NCBI GenBank assembly: GCA_963845065.1
Contig: CAWJQQ010000009.1
Coordinates: 352,001-416,000, forward strand
DNA: 64,000 nt
Direction of reading: 5' to 3'
Source: Nitrospirota bacterium
Lineage (GTDB): Bacteria > Nitrospirota > UBA9217
Positions within the stretch are counted from its first letter, which is position 1. Every line of letters starts with the position of its first letter. The position numbers were made by a program, and so were the translations under genes. Below the pieces are notes generated by a model. That model did no database searches. It saw only the letters and a list, made by a program, of their open reading frames with translations, and was not told where the DNA came from. This document shows, one piece after another, positions 1 through 8,552 of this stretch.

Positions 1-124
1 AGCTGTTTTTTGAATAACCTGTAGGATAATAGCGAAGAGTGCGACGGTTTTTTGGCTTGACTTAGGCGGGGGGGTGCTTTTATACTGCTCACACAGGGAC
101 AGGTGTGGTCATAAGAAGGAGACA

Positions 125-1165
125 GTGAAAAAAATTATGGGATTCGATTACGTCCATCAGATTCCAAAGGCGAAAGAAATCATCGAGAAACTGCCGCTTT
201 CTGCGGAATTGAAGAAAATTAAAAGGGAGAAAGACAAGGAGATCCTCGCCGTCTTTACAGGTGCCGTGGACAAACTCATTCTTATCATTGGTCCCTGCTC
301 GGCCCATGACGAGGACGCTGTGTGCGATTACATAGCGAGGCTGGCCAAGGTCCAGGACGAAGTGAAGGATAAGATCATCCTCATCCCGCGGATTTATACG
401 AACAAACCGCGCACTACCGGAATCGGGTATAAGGGCATGGCCCACCAGCCCAACCTCAAAAAGGAGCCGGACATCGTCGAGGGTATCAAGGCGATCCGGA
501 CGATGCACATACGGGCGCTCAGGGAGTCCCACCTGCCGGCGGCGGATGAGATGCTCTACCCCAACAACTATGCCTATCTCGAAGACGTTCTTTCCTACGT
601 TGCCGTGGGTGCACGTTCCGTAGAAAACCAACAGCATCGGCTCACCTGCAGCGGCCTCGACATCCCCGTAGGTATGAAGAATCCGACATCCGGAGACTAT
701 GACGTCATGTTCAATGCGGTGCACGCGGCCCAGGCGCCGCACGTGTTCAGCTACAACGGTTGGGAGGTGAAAACCTCGGGCAATCCGCTGACCCACTGTG
801 TCCTCAGGGGCGCTGTAAACCAGTTCGGCCAGAGCATCCCCAACTACCACTACGAGGACCTGATCAGGGTCGCTAAAATTTACAAAGAGCGGGGCTTCGT
901 CAATCCTGCCATCATCGTGGACACGAATCACGCAAATTCGAACAAACAATATAGAGAACAGCCTCGGATCGCTAAAGAGGTTATGCGGAGCCTCGAGCAT
1001 ACCGAAAGTGTCAGGAAGATGGTGAAGGGCTTCATGATTGAGAGTTTCATAGAGGAAGGCAGCCAGAAGGTTTCGGAAAACGTCTACGGAAAGTCCATAA
1101 CCGATCCGTGTCTTGGCTGGAAGGACAGCGAGCGCCTGATAAGGCGGCTGGCGGAACTTGTGTAG
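125..1165 (+). CDS. aroF: 3-deoxy-7-phosphoheptulonate (DAHP) synthase, class I-alpha
   Basis: Motifs IGPCSAH, KPRTTG, VGARS, GMKNPTSG, DTNHANS and SITDPCLGW. In-frame GTG at 125 follows AAGGAG; ATG at 137 is an alternative start. Confidence 0.9.
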   Translation: MKKIMGFDYVHQIPKAKEIIEKLPLSAELKKIKREKDKEILAVFTGAVDKLILIIGPCSAHDEDAVCDYIARLAKVQDEVKDKIILIPRIYTNKPRTTGIGYKGMAHQPNLKKEPDIVEGIKAIRTMHIRALRESHLPAADEMLYPNNYAYLEDVLSYVAVGARSVENQQHRLTCSGLDIPVGMKNPTSGDYDVMFNAVHAAQAPHVFSYNGWEVKTSGNPLTHCVLRGAVNQFGQSIPNYHYEDLIRVAKIYKERGFVNPAIIVDTNHANSNKQYREQPRIAKEVMRSLEHTESVRKMVKGFMIESFIEEGSQKVSENVYGKSITDPCLGWKDSERLIRRLAELV

Positions 1166-1294
1166 AAACTTCTTTTATAACTACTCAAAGACACATAAAA
1201 ACCCTCCTATGAACCGTGATCCCGTTTTAAGCCCGGCATTACTTTATGCCGCAATTTCTCCTACTTCCGGTCTCGCCTCTCTCTGTAATTCCTA

Positions 1295-2497
1295 TCACTT
1301 CGCAATAACCACAATACCTGAAGGGGTCACATGGTAGCGCTTCTTGTCTTTTTTGATGTCATAACCAATTTCGGTCCCGGGAGGGATGACAACATCTTTG
1401 TCGATGATGGCCTTCCTGATGCGGCAGTGCCTGCCGATGTCCACATTCTCCATGAGAATCGACTGGGAGATTTGGCTGTAGCTGTTGACGCGAACATTCG
1501 GAGACAACACAGAGTTCTGCACCCGGCCGCCGCTCAGTATGCAGCCGTGTGACACGATTGAGTCGAGCGCGATGCCAAGCCTCCCGCCCTTCTTTTCCTG
1601 GGCGAACACGAACTTGGCAGGCGGGTTCTGCGCCTGGTAGGTACGAATTGGCCATGCCTTGTCGTAAAGGTTCAAGAGAGGGTCCACGCTCACGAGGTCC
1701 ATACTCGCTTCCCAATAAGCGTCGATGGTTCCCACGTCTCGCCAATACTTTGCTTCTTTCTTATTCTCATCCTTGAAATTATATGCACAGACGCGTGAGC
1801 TCTTCATCATTTGGGGGATGATGTTCTTGCCAAAATCGTGGGCCGTATCCTGAAGTGCGTCTGATTTCAGGTATTCCAACAACGTCTGTGTGTTGAACAG
1901 GTAGATGCCCATCGACGCAAAGACCAGGTTCGGGCGGCCCGGAATGTGTTTCGGATTACGCGGCTTTTCTTCAAAACCGACTACTCGACAGTCATCTTTT
2001 TTAACCTGGAGGACGCCGAAGGCTGCCGCGCTTTTTTTAGGGATCTCAATGGAGGCGACCGTCGCATCTGCGTTATGATCTCTGTGAAAACGGAACATCT
2101 CTTCATAATCCATTTTGTAGATATGATCGCCGGCGAGCACTAAGATATGGTCTGGCGCGTCTTTTTCGATCATATAGATGTTCTGGTAAATCGCATCCGC
2201 TGTTCCCTGATACCACTTGTCGCTGACCCGTTGCTGGGGTGGTACAGAGATGATATATTCGTTCAACTCGCCGGAGAAAAGGTTCCATGCGAGACGCAAG
2301 TGTTTGTCCAGGGACAGGGACTTGTATTGGGGCAATACCGCAATTTTTCGGATGCCTGAATTAATGCAGTTTGAAAGTGTAAAATCGATGATCCGGTAGA
2401 TCCCCCCGAAGGGAACGGCAGGTTTGGCGCGATGGATGGTGAGAGGGTGAAGACGCTCTCCTTTACCACCAGCGAGGATCATAGCTAAAAAGCCCAT
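1295..2497 (-). CDS. glgC: Glucose-1-phosphate adenylyltransferase
   Basis: ILAGGKGERL..LT..RAKPAVPFGG, WYQGTADA, GDHIYKMDY, FEEKP, DFGKNIIP, YWRDVGT. Confidence 0.97.
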   Translation of the reverse strand: MGFLAMILAGGKGERLHPLTIHRAKPAVPFGGIYRIIDFTLSNCINSGIRKIAVLPQYKSLSLDKHLRLAWNLFSGELNEYIISVPPQQRVSDKWYQGTADAIYQNIYMIEKDAPDHILVLAGDHIYKMDYEEMFRFHRDHNADATVASIEIPKKSAAAFGVLQVKKDDCRVVGFEEKPRNPKHIPGRPNLVFASMGIYLFNTQTLLEYLKSDALQDTAHDFGKNIIPQMMKSSRVCAYNFKDENKKEAKYWRDVGTIDAYWEASMDLVSVDPLLNLYDKAWPIRTYQAQNPPAKFVFAQEKKGGRLGIALDSIVSHGCILSGGRVQNSVLSPNVRVNSYSQISQSILMENVDIGRHCRIRKAIIDKDVVIPPGTEIGYDIKKDKKRYHVTPSGIVVIAK

Positions 2498-2872
2498 ATG
2501 TGTTGTCTCCTCTCGCCACTATAACAAATTAATGATAGCAGGACGTCAACAGCCTGTCAAACCAGTGCCAGACTTAGTTACGGTATTCTTTCTTGCAACT
2601 TACGGATGAGCAAAACTATTTTTTTTATTTCAGTATTCATTGTTTGTAAACCGAACTACGCAGTTTTTTATCGGCTCCGAGCCTGCTTTTTAGTGAGAGC
2701 CTTCAAGGTCAACTTCAATTTTCCTGTTAGTTCGGCATCTTAAAGAGCGCAATACGAAGATCTCTTCCTTATCAATCAAATTTGCATCTTTATTGTCTAT
2801 AATGATCTTGTGAAATTTCTGTTGCCATTAGAACAATTGCCGCGATATTTACACTGGGTTTAGACAAATTAC

Positions 2873-2920
2873 CAAATCCTCCGCAGAAAGCCCCTGGTTT
2901 TAACTATGGGGAGTGGTCAG
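2873..2920 (+). mobile_element. 48-bp single-hairpin IS200/IS605 derivative (left-end/right-end fusion, PATE-like)
   Basis: TTAC (2869-2872) is followed by CAAATCCTCCGCAGAAAGCCCCTGGTTTTAACTATGGGGAGTGGTCAG. The 5' part matches the left end and the 3' tail GGGGAGTGGTCAG matches the right end of the tnpB elements at 5774 and 29919. Confidence 0.85.
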
Positions 2921-3076
2921 ATTTTGGATGATGTCATGGTCATTCATATTTTTCTTAAGACCACAGACTTTCTATTTTAAATTAGGTGCTGCTACAGAGA
3001 GGCTCGATTCAGATGCTCCCACCACGAATATTAATTCTCCCAAGCATTTAAAAAGGTAGTTCCCTAGTTATACATG

Positions 3077-3094
3077 GTTGCATACATTTGCAAC
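3077..3094. promoter_or_regulatory. Palindromic candidate transcription-factor site upstream of nfnA
   Basis: Perfect inverted repeat GTTGCA-N6-TGCAAC in an AT-rich promoter region. Confidence 0.35.
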
Positions 3095-3270
3095 TATATC
3101 TCACTTTTTTCTTTTCTTGCATATAAAAAAGTAGTACATTGTTCCGTATTGTAAGGCTATTTGACCTTTCTAAAGTACGTCGTACGGTATATAACGTAAA
3201 TTTAAACCATATTACAAGTCGCGTGCAGCTACATATTCATCCAGACTGCCGCAGAAAGAACGATGCATTT

Positions 3271-4116
3271 ATGCCAAAAATTCTAGAAAAGAGATTACTT
3301 CGGAAACCAGACGTATTTTATTTCAAGGTGGATGCACCGCTCATCTCGAAGAAGGCCCAGCCCGGTCAGTTCGTCATATTGAGGCTCCATTCCAAGGGAG
3401 AGCGCATCCCTATCTCACTCGCGGACATCAATCCCGTGGAGGGTACCATCAGCCTGATCGTCATGGCCGTAGGAAAGACGACGACGGAAATGTCGCTCAT
3501 GAAATCGGGTGACGATATCCTTGATCTTTGCGGCCCCTTGGGAAATGCCACGCACATCGAGCAGGTCGGCAAGGTCATTGTCGTGGGCGGCGGTTTCGGC
3601 GTAGCCCCATTGTATCCTATTGCACGTTCGTTCAAGGCAGCTGGTAACGAGGTCGTCTGCGTCATGGGTGCGCGGTCCAAAGATCTCCTGATTTATGAGA
3701 AGGAAATGGAAGAAGTCTGCAGCCGGGTGGTTGTAACGACCGACGACGGAAGCAAGGGGATGAAGGGTGTCGTGACGGAGGCTCTGCGCCAGGAACTCGA
3801 AAAAGGCGGAACCGGCCTAGTGGTGGTTGTGGGACCGGCTATCATGATGAAGTTTGTATCAGAGACGACGCGTCCCTTCGGCATTAAGACCCTTGTGAGC
3901 CTCAACCCCATCATGGTGGACGGCACGGGAATGTGTGGCGGCTGCCGGGTGATCGTCGGCGGACAAACCCTGTTTGCCTGCACCGATGGCCCCGAATTTG
4001 ACGGGCACCAGGTGGACTGGGATCTCTTGATGACGCGCCAGAAAACCTACAACTCCGAACAGCGTGAATCCTTTGAAGGATGGAAACAGCGGCACGCGGG
4101 TGTGCTCTGCGAATAA
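3271..4116 (+). CDS. nfnA: NADH-dependent ferredoxin:NADP+ oxidoreductase small subunit (PyrK-like FAD/2Fe-2S)
   Basis: PGQFVI..GERIPISL, GPLG, VGGGFG and MVDGTGMCGGCRV..CTDGPEFDGH (Asp/Cys 2Fe-2S motif); directly upstream of a GltD-like gene. Start trimmed to ATG 3271. Confidence 0.9.
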   Translation: MPKILEKRLLRKPDVFYFKVDAPLISKKAQPGQFVILRLHSKGERIPISLADINPVEGTISLIVMAVGKTTTEMSLMKSGDDILDLCGPLGNATHIEQVGKVIVVGGGFGVAPLYPIARSFKAAGNEVVCVMGARSKDLLIYEKEMEEVCSRVVVTTDDGSKGMKGVVTEALRQELEKGGTGLVVVVGPAIMMKFVSETTRPFGIKTLVSLNPIMVDGTGMCGGCRVIVGGQTLFACTDGPEFDGHQVDWDLLMTRQKTYNSEQRESFEGWKQRHAGVLCE

Positions 4117-4254
4117 AGCGACTTTGAGCTGCAGTCGTAACTTGGATGTAACCCGGTGAGTGAAAGCGGCCTTGTCATCATCCTCACCTTTACAATTTTT
4201 CCCCTTCGAGGGGAATAAAAGTGATAAAAAACATTTTATATGAGAGGCAAAATC

Positions 4255-5685
4255 ATGGCTGAAGAAGTGAAAGTACCAAAAAAAATCATTCCAAAGAAAA
4301 CACCGATCCCTGAGCAACCACCCCAGGAACGGCGGTCCAATTTTAAAGAAGTCTCCCTTGGGTATACCCCGGAGCTGGCGATGAAGGAAGCGTCGCGGTG
4401 TCTGGACTGTAAGAAACCGGCTTGTATAGAAGGTTGCCCAGTCAATGTCCAGATCCCGCGGTTCATCAAGGCGATTCGGGAGGGAGACTTCAAGAAAGCC
4501 ATCGGCATCATCAAAGAAGCCAATCTTCTGCCCGCAGTATGCGGCAGGGTCTGTCCCCAGGAGAGCCAGTGCGAGAAAAACTGTGTTCTGGCAAAGAAAT
4601 TCGACCCAGTGGGCATCGGACGACTCGAACGGTTTGCTGCTGACCAGTCCCTTTCGAACGGTGGATCCCAGGCACCCCAGGTCGCTGCGAAGACGGGCAG
4701 GAAGGTGGCAGTCATCGGCAGTGGTCCCTCTGGTCTGACCTGCGCATATGAACTGGCCCGTCAAGGGCACAGCATCGTTATCTACGAGGCACTCCACGAG
4801 CCGGGAGGCGTTCTGGTTTACGGCATACCGGAGTTCCGTTTACCGAAAAAAATCGTCTATAGCGAGATTGACGTACTCAAAAAAATGGGCGTCCAGATTA
4901 TCACCAACGCTGTTGCCGGCAAGCTCTTCACCATCGATGAAATCATGAAAGAATACGATGCCTGCTTCATCGGGAGCGGGGCGGGTCTGCCAAAATTCAT
5001 GAATATTGCCGGCGAGAACCTGAACGGTGTATATTCCGCCAATGAGTTTTTGACCCGAGTCAATCTCATGCGGGCGTACCAGTTCCCTGAATTCGACACA
5101 CCGATCAAGCGAGGCGACCGAGTTGCGGTGTTCGGCGGCGGAAATGTTGCGATGGATGCGGCCCGGACAGCGCTTCGCATTGGTGCCGAGGAGGTAATTC
5201 TTGTCTACCGCCGGTCACTCACCGAACTGCCGGCGCGCAAGGAGGAGGTCCATCACGCCCAGGAGGAAGGAATCCGCTTCGAACTCTGCACAAATCCGGT
5301 GCGCATCCTGGGCGACGAGCAGGGCCAAGTGCGAGCCGTCGAGTGCGTCAGGATGGACCTATGCGAACTCGATGAATCCGGCCGACGTTCCCCGAAGGCC
5401 ATAAAAGGATCGGAGTTCGAGATCCCGGTGAATACCGCCATCGTTGCCCTCGGCACAGGCGCCAATCCCATCATTCCCCAAAGCTCCAAGAACCTGCAGG
5501 TCAATAAGCGGCTCTATATCGTCGCAGATGAAGAGACAGGGCGCACGAGCATCGAGGGTGTGTATGCCGGCGGAGACATCGTCACGGGGTCAGCCACCGT
5601 CATCTCTGCAATGGGCGCAGGAAGAAAAGCCGCAAAGGCAATGAACGAATATCTCAAGCACAAGGAACCAGCAGTGAAGGTATAA
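4255..5685 (+). CDS. nfnB: NfnB large subunit (GltD-like Fe-S flavoprotein)
   Basis: RCLDC..C..GCPV, CGRVCPQE.QCE, GSGPSG, GGGNVAMD, AGGD; paired with nfnA. Confidence 0.9.
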   Translation: MAEEVKVPKKIIPKKTPIPEQPPQERRSNFKEVSLGYTPELAMKEASRCLDCKKPACIEGCPVNVQIPRFIKAIREGDFKKAIGIIKEANLLPAVCGRVCPQESQCEKNCVLAKKFDPVGIGRLERFAADQSLSNGGSQAPQVAAKTGRKVAVIGSGPSGLTCAYELARQGHSIVIYEALHEPGGVLVYGIPEFRLPKKIVYSEIDVLKKMGVQIITNAVAGKLFTIDEIMKEYDACFIGSGAGLPKFMNIAGENLNGVYSANEFLTRVNLMRAYQFPEFDTPIKRGDRVAVFGGGNVAMDAARTALRIGAEEVILVYRRSLTELPARKEEVHHAQEEGIRFELCTNPVRILGDEQGQVRAVECVRMDLCELDESGRRSPKAIKGSEFEIPVNTAIVALGTGANPIIPQSSKNLQVNKRLYIVADEETGRTSIEGVYAGGDIVTGSATVISAMGAGRKAAKAMNEYLKHKEPAVKV

Positions 5686-5729
5686 TTGGGCTGCCATTAG
5701 TTGTGAACCAGCACCCCTGGTTTTTTACG

Positions 5730-5771
5730 ATACCGGGGTCTCTTCCTTGCCCAGAGACCCCGGTATTTTTT
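5730..5771 (+). terminator. Rho-independent terminator of nfnAB
   Basis: 14-bp stem ATACCGGGGTCTCT/AGAGACCCCGGTAT followed by a T-tract that ends in the TTAC IS target. Confidence 0.8.
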
Positions 5772-5845
5772 ACCAAACTATCCGCAGAAAGCCCCTGGTT
5801 TTAACCATGGGGATGAATGCGGGAACTTTGTTTTTCGGCAATTAG

Positions 5846-5874
5846 TAGACAAATGTACATCTATGTGGTATATT
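5846..5874 (+). promoter_or_regulatory. Sigma70-type promoter of tnpB (also present in copy 2)
   Basis: TAGACA-17 nt-TATATT with extended TG, 10 nt before the ATG, implying a near-leaderless mRNA. Confidence 0.55.
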
Positions 5875-5884
5875 CAAACAACCA

Positions 5885-7420
5885 ATGCCGAATAAACCTA
5901 AAACCCCATCTTGTATCCACGAGTTTCAACTCGTAGCGACTCCAAAGGGCAATCGAATGCTCGATGCCCGGCTCGAAGCTGGCCGTTATCTGTACAATGC
6001 CTGCCTTGGTGAAGCGATGAAGCGTCTTACCGCCATGCGGCGATCAGAAAAATGGCTCGTGGCGATCACGAAGAAGAAAAGCAAGCTTCGCACCAGGATG
6101 TTTAAGACAGCCAGAACCCAGGCTGAATATACTGAATACCACCTTCATAACTACGTCGGTATCCTCCGCAATTCCTGCTGGATCAGTGAGCATATTGACA
6201 GCCTGACCGCCCAGAAGATAGCATCTCGAGCATATAGCGCCGTCGCTGACTACGAGTTTGGGAAGCATGGCAAACCACGTTTCAAGCGCCATGGCTGGAT
6301 GTCGTCCCTTGAAGGTAAAAACAACAAATCCGGTATTCGGTGGTGCGATGACCATGTGGAGTGGACCGGCCTTCGTCTCAACTGTGTCTTCGATAAGAAA
6401 GACAAGTTTGGCGTTCAGACTCATGCACTTAGCCATGATGTCAAGTACGTTCGTCTGGTCAAGAAAACTATCCGCGGCAATCCCCGCTGGTTTGCCCAAC
6501 TTGTGCTTAAAGGCACGGCCAAGATCAAGCGTGAGAACCAGATTGGCACCGAAACTGTCGGCCTTGATATTGGCCCGTCGACAGTTGCCATCGTTGGTGA
6601 TACCGATGCGTTACTACTCGAATTCTGCCCCGAAGTCGAGATACCGTTTAAACGTATCAAGACCGTCCAGCGCACAATGGCCAGAAGCCTTCGTGCTACC
6701 AACCCGGGCAACTACAACGGAGACAAAACCATCAAAACGGGTAAAAAACAGTGGGTCTTTTCTGCTCAATACCGTATTCTTAAAGCTAAGCTCGCCGAAC
6801 TTCAAAGGATCCTTGCTGAAACCAGAAAACGGTCTCATGGCAAGCTCGTGAACAAAGTCCTCACTCTCGGTACCGACATCAAGACCGAGAAACTGTCGTA
6901 CAAAGCATTTCAGAAACTCTATGGTAAAAGTATTTCGCGACGAGCTCCGGGGATGTTTATGTCGGTGCTTCACCACAAAGCCGAAAACGCTGGCGGTAAA
7001 GTAACCGAGTTTTCTACCCGGAGCACAAAGCTTTCCCAGACATGCCATTGCGGAACAGTAGCCAAAAAATCATTGTCCCAAAGATGGCATGCCTGCAACT
7101 GCGGGGTAAGCACCCAGCGTGATCTCTATTCCGCATTCCTTGCAAAGTATGTTTCTAACGATGTCCTCGACACGCGTCAGGCTGCCAAAGCCTGGCCGGG
7201 TGCAAACCTGCTCCTGGAACGGGCGGTGTTGGGGGTGCAGCATGAAGCGGCAAAGGGTCGAATTCATCCAACCAGCTTCGGTATCAAGCACGAGAACACC
7301 ACGAACCGGAGACAGAGCTGCTCGTCCGTTAAAGGCGGATCAACGACAGTCGAGGCCGACAACGTTCGTATTGTTGCCGGAGAGCCTGTCGGTACAGCCG
7401 CTAGAACCCCCTGGCTTTAG
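5885..7420 (+). CDS. tnpB: TnpB RNA-guided endonuclease
   Basis: RuvC-I GLDIG, RuvC-II IKTEKL, Zn finger SQTCHCG..HACNCG, RuvC-III QRDLYSA. The stop codon lies in the right-end hairpin. Confidence 0.93.
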   Translation: MPNKPKTPSCIHEFQLVATPKGNRMLDARLEAGRYLYNACLGEAMKRLTAMRRSEKWLVAITKKKSKLRTRMFKTARTQAEYTEYHLHNYVGILRNSCWISEHIDSLTAQKIASRAYSAVADYEFGKHGKPRFKRHGWMSSLEGKNNKSGIRWCDDHVEWTGLRLNCVFDKKDKFGVQTHALSHDVKYVRLVKKTIRGNPRWFAQLVLKGTAKIKRENQIGTETVGLDIGPSTVAIVGDTDALLLEFCPEVEIPFKRIKTVQRTMARSLRATNPGNYNGDKTIKTGKKQWVFSAQYRILKAKLAELQRILAETRKRSHGKLVNKVLTLGTDIKTEKLSYKAFQKLYGKSISRRAPGMFMSVLHHKAENAGGKVTEFSTRSTKLSQTCHCGTVAKKSLSQRWHACNCGVSTQRDLYSAFLAKYVSNDVLDTRQAAKAWPGANLLLERAVLGVQHEAAKGRIHPTSFGIKHENTTNRRQSCSSVKGGSTTVEADNVRIVAGEPVGTAARTPWL

Positions 7421-7483
7421 ACATGGGGAGTGGTCAGCAAGGCGATAGACTGAATCAGATTAGCTACATGGGAGATAACTAAA

Positions 7484-8158
7484 TTGAAACCCTACCATAT
7501 AGAACATCATGTCAAAAAGCAGGACAGCCGGATTGAACTTGTCCCTTTAAAAACCATATGGGGCGAAGCGAAAGCATGGGAGACACTTTCGAGTCTTAAG
7601 CCCAAAGACGTTAGCGCCGGCGCAAAGACTACCTATGATGCAACAACGGGCACCTATATAATTAAATCGTTTGGCGTTGATTTTGTTGTTTCTCCTGCAG
7701 AGAGAACGATTACAAGCGATAATCCGCAAGCCACTATCTTTCTCGATAGATACAAAGATTTTTTCAGGCTCGCATTGCTCTGGTATATGACCAGTGCAAA
7801 GGATATTCCACCGTCCGGACGACTCACAAGGCCTATTGACGTTAAAGGAGGCCAACGCTTTTTTACGGGGACACATGTCCTGCCTCTGGACCGAATCCAG
7901 GAAAAGTTCGCAAAAGACAAAGCGGGTTTCATCCTGCGAGGATTGAAGTTCGGCGCAGAGATCGTGAGCTTCGGTGACGCCTCGATAAGGCTCTATCCGA
8001 TGCCACGTGTTCCAGTAACTGTGATTCATTGGCTGGAGGACGACGAGTTCCCAGCGCGGACCTCCCTCTTTTTCGATTCCACAGTAGACTATCAGATATC
8101 ACTGTCTGACATCGTCTGGTCAGTCGCAATGATGTCAACGCTCGTTATACTTGATTAA
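7484..8158 (+). CDS. DUF3786-like protein
   Basis: GG..F, PMPRVPVT..W.EDDEFPA..LFFDST pattern; this family is often found near CODH/ACS genes. Start uncertain. Confidence 0.7.
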   Translation: MKPYHIEHHVKKQDSRIELVPLKTIWGEAKAWETLSSLKPKDVSAGAKTTYDATTGTYIIKSFGVDFVVSPAERTITSDNPQATIFLDRYKDFFRLALLWYMTSAKDIPPSGRLTRPIDVKGGQRFFTGTHVLPLDRIQEKFAKDKAGFILRGLKFGAEIVSFGDASIRLYPMPRVPVTVIHWLEDDEFPARTSLFFDSTVDYQISLSDIVWSVAMMSTLVILD

Positions 8159-8552
8159 ACATAGAATTTTGTTATTTAGCAAGCTACAAGAAAAAATGAA
8201 CTTTGCTTCCCCCTCTTCATGCATATCTGCATCAGTTAAACCAAATTAACTTTTGTCACTGAATAAACCAAAACTAAAGCTCCAATTACAGTTTTTTTTC
8301 AATTCCCGTTTCATCTCCATGGCTGAAATCAGGGGCTTGGCACGGAGTTTACCGCAAAATGCCAAATAATAGCTAAAATTGCGATTTTTATTCTGAAATA
8401 TCAATACAATAGCAGAGGAGGATAATTAAACAGGCGCGAATAAAAAATTGTAACTTCTAGTAGCAATTTTTTTTTAATTTTTGTATAATACCGACTGACT
8501 TAAAAATCCAGGGGGCCCCGCCTCCTTTTCGAAAGGAGTTTTTAAAACGATT

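Larger units (their letters stand above)
5774..7437 (+). mobile_element. IS200/IS605-family (IS1341-like, tnpB-only) element, copy 1, 1664 bp
   Basis: Starts after TTAC. Left end is AAAG-CCCCTGGTTTTAACCATGGGG; right end is GAAC-CCCCTGGCTTTAGACATGGGG-AGTGGTCAG. Boundaries are set by identity with copy 2. No tnpA and no target duplication. Confidence 0.95.

Noticed and set aside
2600..3050. Decayed response-regulator pseudogene on the minus strand
   Set aside because: The resemblance is too weak and broken by stops to support a call.
4255..5685. Glutamate synthase small subunit (gltD)
   Set aside because: No gltB is present, and pairing with a PyrK-like gene indicates NfnAB.
5712..5726. CCCCTGGTTTT resembling the IS left hairpin just upstream of copy 1
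   Set aside because: Only an 11-nt match with no guide or second hairpin arm; likely chance.
5885..7420. Cas12/type V CRISPR effector or nuclease-dead TldR
   Set aside because: No CRISPR array or cas genes are present; the RuvC triad is intact and the gene sits inside complete IS ends.
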